Source: a virus (Duplodnaviria > Caudoviricetes). Taken from it: 44,241 nucleotides of DNA. Shown in pieces: positions 9,229 to 16,588 of this stretch (the first letter of the stretch is position 1; every line of letters begins with the position of its first letter). Position numbers and translations under genes: made by a program. The stretch is from positions 1 through 44,241 of IMG/VR virus record IMGVR_UViG_3300037483_000122; one strand, 5' to 3'. The notes under the pieces were generated by a model, which saw nothing but the letters and a program-made list of their open reading frames with translations, was not told the DNA's origin and did not search any database.

Positions 9229-10041
9229 ATGTCTGAGAACGCCACAGAGGCCGTCGAAACTACTGAGGTCGAGTCTCCCGAGGTCGATACCGTTGTTATT
9301 CCGGATAGCCCGCTAGTTGTTGCGGGCCGCGCAGAGTACGAAAATTATGCGGCAGAGGCTAATAAGCTTTTCTCGCAAGTTGAGGCAGTCGAGAACGTCA
9401 ACGCCACCATTGCGGAAATTCGCAATACTTCCACAGATGAGCGTATTGTGGCCTTCCGGGAATGGAAGGATAAGGCAGACAAGGCAATTCTTGCTCGCGA
9501 GTCTGAGATCGACGCGATTATTAAGGCTGAAATGGTTTCGGCTGAGCCGGTCGACGTCGATAAGGTTAAGGCAGCTCACAAGGAGCTCGTTAAAAAGGCT
9601 AAGGACCTCGCGACTGTGCTGCGTAACTTCGCAGGTGAAGCAGCTGTGCACAAGCTGCCAGCCCTTAAGTCTATCTCGGGTCGCGCAGTTTCTACCTCGT
9701 CTGGTAGTGGTGGGAAGCGGCCGCGTCTCCAGTCTGTCACTGTCGATGGTGAGAAGGTTTTCGCTACCGTTGACAATAAGGATGGCACTAAGACTGAGGT
9801 TGCCAGCTTCACTGTCCTTGCTGCTTACATCAATAAGGACAATAAGGGCTGCATTAAGGTCGAGCCGAAGGACCTTCAAGAGGCCGCGTTCGCAGCGGCC
9901 AAGACAGATGATCTGTCTACCCTTGCTGGCCAGCCCGTTAGCTTCCCGTTCACAGTAAGTAAGGCCAAGGAGGATGGCACTAAGGAATACATGCGGACCT
10001 ACGCTGAAATCGTAGTTATTCCGCGAGTCCCGGAGAACTAA
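9229..10041 (+). CDS. Probably abundant early protein, coiled coil plus basic linker, possible DNA-binding
   Basis: AGGAGG RBS favours ATG 9229; biased codons (AAG, GAG, GTC); own terminator. Confidence 0.85.
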   Translation: MSENATEAVETTEVESPEVDTVVIPDSPLVVAGRAEYENYAAEANKLFSQVEAVENVNATIAEIRNTSTDERIVAFREWKDKADKAILARESEIDAIIKAEMVSAEPVDVDKVKAAHKELVKKAKDLATVLRNFAGEAAVHKLPALKSISGRAVSTSSGSGGKRPRLQSVTVDGEKVFATVDNKDGTKTEVASFTVLAAYINKDNKGCIKVEPKDLQEAAFAAAKTDDLSTLAGQPVSFPFTVSKAKEDGTKEYMRTYAEIVVIPRVPEN

Positions 10042-10089
10042 TCCCAACTAATAATAGCCCTCAGTCCGAAAGGATTGGGGGCTATTATT
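10030..10089 (+). terminator. Intrinsic terminator hairpin
   Basis: ATAATAGCCCTCAGTCC-GAAA-GGATTGGGGGCTATTAT after the stop codon. Confidence 0.8.
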
Positions 10090-10583
10090 ATGCCCTCAGA
10101 AGGCCAGCCTGCATGGAAACAATGCCGCTCCGCCGTGTTAGTTGTCTGCTGAGCTGTGATAAGCTGTACTCAGCGGTTCGCCCTATGCCCTAAATGGGCC
10201 CCAGATAAACGTTAGAAAGGGCCCGCTACAGGGCTCTTAGTTGCTGAGATAGCCTCATATCTAGTTCGCAGAGGGGCTGAAATTTTATTATTCGAAGATC
10301 AACTAACTAAAATTAGAATTAGTTTGAGAGATAAACGGATGGTGTATAGACGGACTCCGTCCTAAATACACCGCCGCTATTCTGAATGGTGAATGGGCAG
10401 GACCCCCCTCTGACCTGCGGGTTTGCGCTTCCGGTAAGGAATGAGGTATGGTGTGCATAGAAAGAATGACTTGGCGAATTAGCATAAGTCGCTGGGCTGG
10501 GCAAACTCCCATTTGCTGTATATTCGCATGAGCTGAATGGGATACCGACTGGTTATAATCTAACGATTAAGGGCAGATGAAAA

Positions 10584-11189
10584 ATGTCACGCCATAGTAA
10601 TGAGGCATTTTTTACCGAGCAGATCCTCTCTACACTTCTAGGCTCAGCAACTCCCGAGAAAGGTTTAACTCAGCCAGATATTGCAGAGGCTATTGGTGTC
10701 AGTCAAGCGACTGTATCGAGGGTCCTTAGTAAAAACCCTGATCTCTTTAAACGGGCTAGGAAGCCCTCTATTCCGAAGTCTTACTATGCAGATACTAGTG
10801 GTCGCCAAGCTATCATTGCGACTAATGCAAAGGCTAATATTCCCCCTGATAGTTTTGATCCTGAGTTACTTGAAAAGGCTATGGCTAAAGACGCCCTCAC
10901 AATTCTAGGGAATCTTTATGCTAATGATCAGGCTGGCCAGGGGCAACTTAATGAGGTCCTCACAGCTGTAGCGCAACTATCGCATTGGCACTATCAGGTT
11001 TATAATTGGCAAGTAACAGATGCAGATTGGGACCGAGCTAAATGGGAAGCTTTTAAGGCTGGCCTTAGCCACCTCCCGCAGGTAATTAGCCTATTGATTG
11101 CGCTGCACGCTAAAGTTGTACGAGATCCTCGTTGGGCAACTAATGAAGCCTGGGCTATCTTCCTAGATCGGGGCATGTTCAATGGTTAG
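10584..11189 (+). CDS. HTH DNA-binding protein
   Basis: GLTQPDIAEAIGVSQATVSRVL. Confidence 0.8.
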   Translation: MSRHSNEAFFTEQILSTLLGSATPEKGLTQPDIAEAIGVSQATVSRVLSKNPDLFKRARKPSIPKSYYADTSGRQAIIATNAKANIPPDSFDPELLEKAMAKDALTILGNLYANDQAGQGQLNEVLTAVAQLSHWHYQVYNWQVTDADWDRAKWEAFKAGLSHLPQVISLLIALHAKVVRDPRWATNEAWAIFLDRGMFNG

Positions 11190-11313
11190 TGTGATAGGTT
11201 GGATTTCGCCTAGGGCACCGCATTGGGAGTATCTGCTCCCTGCTAATTTTATTAGCCCGCAACTAGAAGCAGAGCTAATTGCTGACGGTTGGAAAAAGGA
11301 GCCAGTGATATGA
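11182..11313 (+). CDS. 43 aa hypothetical protein
   Basis: Overlap-coupled to both neighbours (ATGA at the 3' end). Confidence 0.55.
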   Translation: MVSVIGWISPRAPHWEYLLPANFISPQLEAELIADGWKKEPVI

Positions 11314-11483
11314 AGGCTAAGTTGGCAATCCTAATTGGTCTGGTAGTTGTGCTACCTATCAGCGCTGTAGCGGGTAGCGCCCTACTAACCGAAGATAACC
11401 CTAGCCCTAAGCCGGTAGTTAACCTCTGGGAGAATGGTTGCTACGCTAATGATCCTCCACCCCCCTGTAGCGGAGCTAAGTAG
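11310..11483 (+). CDS. Small membrane or secreted protein
   Basis: AAGGAG RBS; MKAKLAILIGLVVVLP signal-like N-terminus. Confidence 0.7.
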   Translation: MKAKLAILIGLVVVLPISAVAGSALLTEDNPSPKPVVNLWENGCYANDPPPPCSGAK

Positions 11484-11485
11484 TA

Positions 11486-11641
11486 ATGCCTACGTCTAGT
11501 GTTAGTTGCCCTCGCTGCGGCTCCGGTTACAGGTATAGTTATACAGCTAAACCCCCTGTAGCGGTAGCGAGCCTAATTGCTAATGGGCTATGTGATAGGT
11601 GCTATGATGAACTGGAGGCCCAACTAACCAGCCCTAAGTAA
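11486..11641 (+). CDS. 51 aa zinc-ribbon protein
   Basis: CPRC...CDRC, GGAG RBS. Confidence 0.6.
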   Translation: MPTSSVSCPRCGSGYRYSYTAKPPVAVASLIANGLCDRCYDELEAQLTSPK

Positions 11642-11671
11642 TGGCTTGCAGAATCAGGTTGAAGTAATGGC

Positions 11672-11699
11672 TTGACAGGCATTAGATCTGTGGTAGACT
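11672..11699 (+). promoter_or_regulatory. Sigma70-type promoter
   Basis: TTGACA-N16-TAGACT. Confidence 0.6.
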
Positions 11700-11741
11700 A
11701 TGGTATAGTCAAACGCAATCGGGAGATGCGGGAGCTAAGTA

Positions 11742-11936
11742 ATGAGAATTGGCGTCATCATCGGGCTAGTTCTTTTGGCAATCATTATCTACGGAGCAGC
11801 CCGAAGTAATAAGCCAGATAGCACTATTAGTCCAACTGATATGCTGCGTAAGAATGACCCGCTAAATCCAGACTACCAACTGGATAGAATTCGGGATCGG
11901 GAACGCTATCACAGGGAGCGTGGTAATGGATCGTGA
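11742..11936 (+). CDS. Small membrane protein
   Basis: N-terminal TM helix, GGGAG RBS. Confidence 0.7.
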   Translation: MRIGVIIGLVLLAIIIYGAARSNKPDSTISPTDMLRKNDPLNPDYQLDRIRDRERYHRERGNGS

Positions 11937-12012
11937 TAAGGTAATCGCAGCTCTTTTCTTCGGAGCGATAGTCTCACTAGCAGCTTTGTCTCTCTACTTC
12001 TCTAATAGGTGA
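11926..12012 (+). CDS. 28 aa membrane peptide
   Basis: MDRDKVIAALFFGAIVSLAALSLYFSNR, GGGAG RBS. Confidence 0.55.
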   Translation: MDRDKVIAALFFGAIVSLAALSLYFSNR

Positions 12013-12016
12013 TCTT

Positions 12017-12094
12017 ATGAAGTTGACAGAGTTCCTCTGGATTGTTATCCTGGGTTTCTGCATTGCTGTAGCGCTTAAAGTGGCGTTTGGGTAG
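12017..12094 (+). CDS. 25 aa membrane peptide
   Basis: MKLTEFLWIVILGFCIAVALKVAFG, AGGTGA RBS. Confidence 0.55.
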   Translation: MKLTEFLWIVILGFCIAVALKVAFG

Positions 12095-12106
12095 GAGTCG
12101 AGCTAA

Positions 12107-12244
12107 ATGGCACACTTTAACGCTACAGGTGAGCGAGTAGGTAAGATTCATAATGATCCGTCCTCAGGCACACCTAGTCGTCGGATGCGTAAGGAAGGCA
12201 CTAAATCCCTGATTGCTAAGGGCAAGCGTAAGTCTAAGCGTTAG
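12107..12244 (+). CDS. 45 aa basic peptide
   Basis: AGGAG RBS; K/R-rich C-terminus. Confidence 0.55.
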   Translation: MAHFNATGERVGKIHNDPSSGTPSRRMRKEGTKSLIAKGKRKSKR

Positions 12245-12254
12245 GGAGGTAGAA

Positions 12255-12338
12255 ATGATCCCGCCGGAAGATGACGTCGAGGAAATGACCATCGATTACG
12301 ACAGTGACCAGGATCCGGATTACGATCCTGGCCGCTAA
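12255..12338 (+). CDS. 27 aa acidic peptide
   Basis: GGAGGT RBS; MIPPEDDVEEMTIDYDSDQDPDYDPGR. Confidence 0.55.
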   Translation: MIPPEDDVEEMTIDYDSDQDPDYDPGR

Positions 12339-12344
12339 AACTCC

Positions 12345-12690
12345 ATAGTGCATCCTGACCGGGCAGGTCTGTTATAAAGCGAGTGCCCCTGATATGGCGT
12401 AAGCCCGCTAACCTACCAGACTAGCGGTAACACGACCTCATGGGACAGACGAGAACTTAAGCCCGGTGCGGCAGGGCTAGTTAAGTGCAGTATAGAGATT
12501 AGCCCTGCGTGAACTCTCCCAACTATTAAGAGGTAGCTGCCAGTCGCCTCGCGGGATGAGAACTGGTGTAAGTATTGTTCTTCGGCGTTGTTACACTGAT
12601 AACTGTCGGAGTTTTATAAGGGGCAGGGACATAGGAGTAGTGACCTAGGGTCCTCCCGCGCAGAGCGGTGACAAATAAACAAAAAGCCCC
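12345..12690 (+). ncRNA. Candidate large structured non-coding RNA(s)
   Basis: No credible ORF; nested helices ACCGGGC/GCCCGGT, GTCTGT/ACAGAC, GCAGGGCTA/TAGCCCTGC, GGGGC/GCCCC. Confidence 0.5.
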
Positions 12691-12695
12691 CACAT

Positions 12696-12768
12696 TCCCT
12701 CATAACTCAATTGGCAGAGTGGCTGACTGTTAATCAGCTGGTTGTAGGTTCGAGTCCTACTGAGGGAG
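12696..12768 (+). tRNA. tRNA-Asn(GTT)
   Basis: TCCCTCA/TGAGGGA acceptor, GCTGA-CTGTTAA-TCAGC anticodon arm, GTAGG-TTCGAGT-CCTAC T arm; CCA not encoded. Confidence 0.93.
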
Positions 12769-12821
12769 CGCGGTTTACGGGTCCTTCATCGTTGCTCCGG
12801 CCCGAAGGAACATACATAGTT

Positions 12822-12924
12822 TACAGAGTTGGAGTGTTGCAGCCGATAGTTGATCTGACAAGGAAGATACTGTTATCGCAGTATCGAGGAATGGTCAGCA
12901 ACTATAAACAGCATGACCCCTGTA
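12822..12924 (+). ncRNA. Candidate rod-like hairpin RNA
   Basis: Nested ATAGTTG/CAACTAT, CTGAC/GTCAG, GATACTG/CAGTATC helices with purine-rich internal loop. Confidence 0.5.
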
Positions 12925-12947
12925 GCGAATGAGAGTTACCTGCCGCA

Positions 12948-13034
12948 ATGGACCTATTAGAGATACTACAGATATGGGGATGGGCTATACTAGTAATACT
13001 TCTACTGTGGATACTACTTAAGCGGAGGGATTAA
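12948..13034 (+). CDS. 28 aa membrane peptide
   Basis: MDLLEILQIWGWAILVILLLWILLKRRD. Confidence 0.5.
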   Translation: MDLLEILQIWGWAILVILLLWILLKRRD

Positions 13035-13108
13035 TGGGTGTATGGGGATGGCTAGCGATAGGTATCTTCGCATTCATCTGTGCTGTTATCACCTACTTTA
13101 GTCTTTAG
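13034..13108 (+). CDS. 24 aa membrane peptide
   Basis: GGAGG RBS, TAATG coupling, MGVWGWLAIGIFAFICAVITYFSL. Confidence 0.55.
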   Translation: MGVWGWLAIGIFAFICAVITYFSL

Positions 13109-13121
13109 AAGGTGAATAGAA

Positions 13122-13283
13122 ATCGAACCACTAATAATCGGAATCCTCTTGCTGTGTCTAATAGCATTTGCAGCATCTAAAGGAAAAGATAAGAAAGGTG
13201 GTGGTAGTTTAGGTCCAGGACACGGGGGATTTCGTTGTCCAGTATGTGGTGGTAGACTAGGTCATCCAGGTAAATGTGAGTAA
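13122..13283 (+). pseudogene. TM plus CxxC-H-C ORF without canonical start (ATC)
   Basis: AAGGTG RBS then ATC; IEPLIIGILLLCLIAFAASK...CPVCGGRLGHPGKCE. Confidence 0.4.
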
Positions 13284-13297
13284 CTCGGGAGAATAAG

Positions 13298-13567
13298 ATG
13301 GACGTCCAGTTTGACATTGAAACCAAACTTGTCACTATTACGATGCCGCTACAGGAGATGCTCAATATCGATGCTGGTATTACTACAGCTCATAGCGTTC
13401 TTCACACGTGGCTTGCAACTATTGGTCTTGGTGCTAAGCCCGCAACTCTTGAAAAGGCAAAGCAGCTTTACGACACCTATCGTAATTGGAATAAGATGAC
13501 TAGTGAGCTTGAGATGATTGCTGCTGAGCACATCCTCGAAGCTTATTTTGCAGACAAGGCTAACTAA
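13298..13567 (+). CDS. Hypothetical protein
   Basis: GGGAG RBS, coupled to helicase. Confidence 0.8.
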   Translation: MDVQFDIETKLVTITMPLQEMLNIDAGITTAHSVLHTWLATIGLGAKPATLEKAKQLYDTYRNWNKMTSELEMIAAEHILEAYFADKAN

Positions 13568-15609
13568 TGTCTGACGACTTTGCCTTTGATTTTGAGTCCC
13601 CAAGAGTGATTGGGGAGATCGTTAAAGAATTCGTCGACGACGAAACCCCTGTAGCGCTTGACGAGACTTCTGAGGCAGGTCGTATAGCACTAGAACTTAA
13701 TGATACACGTAACCGTCTTAAGTCTCTCCATAAAGAACAGTCTGCTGATGATAGAATTAGAGTCGAGTTTGAACAGCAGATAGTTGCTATTCAGGCTGAT
13801 TATCGTAAGCGTTTAAGGGCTATCGAAGATGAAATGAAGGTCGTTAAAGAACGTATCTTCGATAGGCGTCGGGAGATTAATAACGTCCAACGAGTTGTTG
13901 AGACTCTTGAGCGTAAGCTTAAGCTCGCTCTTGATAAGATCATAGCGGGTAGTAAGTTCCAGCAGATTAGTAGTGAGCTAGATACACTTACTGCTGGTGC
14001 ACCTTGGAGAGAATGGGCATTTGATAAGCAGGTTGAGTGCGGTAAAATTATCGCAGCTAATAAGCGCGTGCTCATGGGAAATAAGGTAGGAACTGGTAAG
14101 TCCCTGACCGCGCTTATTGCTGCTGATATGCTGCAAGTTAAACGACTGCTTATTGTTACACCAGCAGATGTGACCCGTAACTTTGAACGAGAGGTTATTC
14201 GTTGGGCTCCACATAGGCCACTGCTCAGTCTTTACAAGTTGACCAAGGGTCAGCGGCGAGCCGCTATGTCTATTGCGACCTTCACTAATGAATATACGGT
14301 GACGGTTAATTATGAGGCTTGGCGGCGTGATCAAGAATTGCTAATGGAATTGGTTGATCTTAAGTTCCAAATGGTAGTTCTTGATGAGAGTCATAATCTT
14401 AAGAATGTAAGCTCCATCGCTTTTGCTGGGATTAAAAAGGTAGTACACGCTGAGAATGTCTGCCCCCGCTGTAGCGGCGATGTTGAGCAGCGACCTTATC
14501 CTGGCGGAGAGAAGCGTTACTTCTATGCCTGTAAGACTTGCGATTGGGACAGCATGTCTGATCGTAACTATACAATGCTTGACAGGTGTAGTGTTAAATT
14601 TCTACTACCTATGACAGGTACTCCGATCCTTAATAGGCCACAAGAGCTATACCCTCTGCTTCATCTTATGATGCCTCATATTTTTGATAATCTACATAGA
14701 TTCTTAGACTTGTACTGTGAACAAGACCTATACACAGGTTACTGGAAGTGGAATAGTGGTGGCTTGCAGAGGCTACAGCACCACCTTGCTGGCTACTATA
14801 TTGCTTACAGTAAGGAAGATATGGGCATTAAGTCTATGCAGCTTCCTCCTGTTGTCCATGAAATGGAATTTGATGTAGAGAAGTACCCGCTACAGTGGAA
14901 GATTATCCAACAACTTACTAAGCACGCTCAGATTCTTCTAGATTCTGGTAAAGCGGTGAAGGCTATCGCTACCATTGCACTAATTACTAGGAAGCGTCAG
15001 GCTAACGTTTGGCCCGCTGGAATTTCCCTTAAGGATCCTGAAACTAAGGAAGTTCTCTTTAGTGTAGGCGAAGAAGTGCAGGAATCTATCAAGGTTGATA
15101 AAGCCTACGATATGATTACAGAGGAACTTGAAGATGAGCGAATCGTTGTATTCTCACAATTTAAGGGTCCTCTACGAGCACTTGCAGAACGACTCGAAAA
15201 TATTGCAGTGGTACTCGACGGCGATACTCCAGAAAGCTTACGAGAACAGATTAAGATTGACTTCGATCGAACATACTGCGATGTTCAAGGCTACGAAAAG
15301 AAATGGCGAGTCGTCCTCTGTAATTTCAAGACCGGAGGAGTTGGCCTCAACTTCACTAGTGCCACTCAAACAATTGTACTGGATGAGGAATGGAATCCCG
15401 GTAAGAACGAACAAGCTTATGGCCGAACTGACAGAATTGGTCAAACTCAAGAGTCCACTATCCATATTCTCAGGTTGAATCAGTCCATTGATACTTGGAT
15501 GGCTTCTCTAAACGATCATAAAGCTAACGTAGTTCAAGGTTTTGCAGAAGCAACCAGTGATATTTCCACTAGTCTTCTAACTGCTATGCAGAACGGAGAA
15601 ATTTTATAA
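13567..15609 (+). CDS. SNF2-like (SF2) helicase with N-terminal coiled coil and zinc insertion
   Basis: VGTGKS, VLDESH, MTGTPILN, VVFSQF, GGVGLNFT, WNPGKNEQAYGRTDRIGQ; CPRC...CKTC insertion. Confidence 0.93.
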   Translation: MSDDFAFDFESPRVIGEIVKEFVDDETPVALDETSEAGRIALELNDTRNRLKSLHKEQSADDRIRVEFEQQIVAIQADYRKRLRAIEDEMKVVKERIFDRRREINNVQRVVETLERKLKLALDKIIAGSKFQQISSELDTLTAGAPWREWAFDKQVECGKIIAANKRVLMGNKVGTGKSLTALIAADMLQVKRLLIVTPADVTRNFEREVIRWAPHRPLLSLYKLTKGQRRAAMSIATFTNEYTVTVNYEAWRRDQELLMELVDLKFQMVVLDESHNLKNVSSIAFAGIKKVVHAENVCPRCSGDVEQRPYPGGEKRYFYACKTCDWDSMSDRNYTMLDRCSVKFLLPMTGTPILNRPQELYPLLHLMMPHIFDNLHRFLDLYCEQDLYTGYWKWNSGGLQRLQHHLAGYYIAYSKEDMGIKSMQLPPVVHEMEFDVEKYPLQWKIIQQLTKHAQILLDSGKAVKAIATIALITRKRQANVWPAGISLKDPETKEVLFSVGEEVQESIKVDKAYDMITEELEDERIVVFSQFKGPLRALAERLENIAVVLDGDTPESLREQIKIDFDRTYCDVQGYEKKWRVVLCNFKTGGVGLNFTSATQTIVLDEEWNPGKNEQAYGRTDRIGQTQESTIHILRLNQSIDTWMASLNDHKANVVQGFAEATSDISTSLLTAMQNGEIL

Positions 15610-15776
15610 TGTATAAAATCGTGATTAATTGGTCCGACGATTCCCAGTCTATTTTCACTAATGCAGATAAAGATCTGGCCAGGATGGTCTTTGAGCACTG
15701 TAGCGTTAATGGCTTTTCCTCTACTCCAAATATCCCTTATGTCGTTACCTTCCAACTTGAACCTCAGGAAGTATAG
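15609..15776 (+). CDS. 55 aa hypothetical protein
   Basis: TAATG coupling, GGAG RBS. Confidence 0.6.
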   Translation: MYKIVINWSDDSQSIFTNADKDLARMVFEHCSVNGFSSTPNIPYVVTFQLEPQEV

Positions 15777-15779
15777 CTA

Positions 15780-15935
15780 ATGAACGGCGCTACAGGTTGG
15801 TACAGTCCGCCGTGTACCTTCTGTTACAATCCGGAGCATGGCCGTAGAGAGTGCCCACTTTTAACTACAGCTGTTGAGAAAGATATCGGATTCGCAGCTA
15901 GTAATAAATACGGAGAAACGGAGGCTGAGAATTAA
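15780..15935 (+). CDS. 51 aa CCHC zinc-knuckle protein
   Basis: CTFCYNPEHGRREC = CX2CX4HX4C. Confidence 0.65.
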   Translation: MNGATGWYSPPCTFCYNPEHGRRECPLLTTAVEKDIGFAASNKYGETEAEN

Positions 15936-16057
15936 TGGCTAAGGTTGTTCGTCCTAGTGACCCTCCTATGAACCGCTCGTACCATGAGTGGCAAGGTGGA
16001 CCAGCAAGTGCTAATCCACATATTCCCCCTCACAAGTTAAAGGAGCGTTGCAAGTAA
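15935..16057 (+). CDS. 40 aa hypothetical protein
   Basis: GGAGG RBS, TAATG coupling at both ends. Confidence 0.55.
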   Translation: MAKVVRPSDPPMNRSYHEWQGGPASANPHIPPHKLKERCK

Positions 16058-16350
16058 TGGCAGATAATGACGGAATGAACCCACTAGATGAAATTGAGAC
16101 TCAAGCAGTTCCACCTAAGCGTTTTATTAGTGATGAGGAACTGCAAAACTGGCTGATGTACCATCCGCCAGGTCCACACACTATTCATGTCCATGAAGCT
16201 GTTAGATCAGAAATGACCCAGATGGCACTATGGCTAAACAGAGCACTACCAGAAGGACCTAATAAGACTATCTGTCTCCGCTACCTACAAAAGACAGCAA
16301 TGTTTGCCAATGCAGCTGTAGCGATTGACACTCCTAGTAACGAAAGGTAA
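16057..16350 (+). CDS. Acb2/Tad1-like helical hairpin protein
   Basis: YHPP...HEAVR...LPEGPNKTICLRYLQKTAMFANAAVA pattern; AAGGAG RBS. Confidence 0.6.
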   Translation: MADNDGMNPLDEIETQAVPPKRFISDEELQNWLMYHPPGPHTIHVHEAVRSEMTQMALWLNRALPEGPNKTICLRYLQKTAMFANAAVAIDTPSNER

Positions 16351-16368
16351 AACATTAAGTAAAAAAGG

Positions 16369-16470
16369 GCCGATAGTCCTCACTACCAGACATAGTGAGA
16401 CGGTAGCTGAATAGCTAAGGTGCTGCTACGCTGAGAGCCAATTATCGGTAGATGGGAGCGGTAACCCATC
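16369..16470 (+). ncRNA. Candidate structured RNA upstream of the tRNA-like element
   Basis: CCGATAG/TTATCGG closing helix, CTCACTA/TAGTGAG hairpin, then GATGGG/CCCATC hairpin. Confidence 0.45.
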
Positions 16471-16564
16471 CGGACTGTAGCTCAATGGAAGAGCCTTAAG
16501 AGCTTTGTGTTCTCCCGAGCAAAAGTATTCTTAAGAGATCTCGGTTCGATTCCGAGCGGTCCAC
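16471..16564 (+). ncRNA. tRNA-like RNA with extended anticodon arm
   Basis: Acceptor GGACTG/CGGTCC, D arm GCTC-AATGGAA-GAGC, T arm CTCGG-TTCGATT-CCGAG, 41-nt arm without a canonical anticodon loop. Confidence 0.7.
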
Positions 16565-16588
16565 TAGTAAATCTAAACTGTAGGAGAC

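Noticed and set aside
9313-10047. Long antisense (244 aa) and alternative-frame (213 aa) ORFs over the 9229 gene
   Set aside because: Explained by codon bias of the real gene; no RBS or protein-like features
7137-11189. Lysogeny module from the two HTH genes
   Set aside because: No integrase, ParAB or repressor-peptidase architecture seen in the genome
12769-12815. HDV-like (theta) ribozyme after tRNA-Asn
   Set aside because: P1/P2-like pairings exist but I could not fit P3/L3, P1.1 or the catalytic J4/2
12711-12932. 73 aa ORF
   Set aside because: Translation through tRNA-Asn and structured RNA
16408-16440. TPP riboswitch
   Set aside because: Only the GCTGAGA element resembles it; the P4/P5 pyrophosphate-sensing consensus is absent
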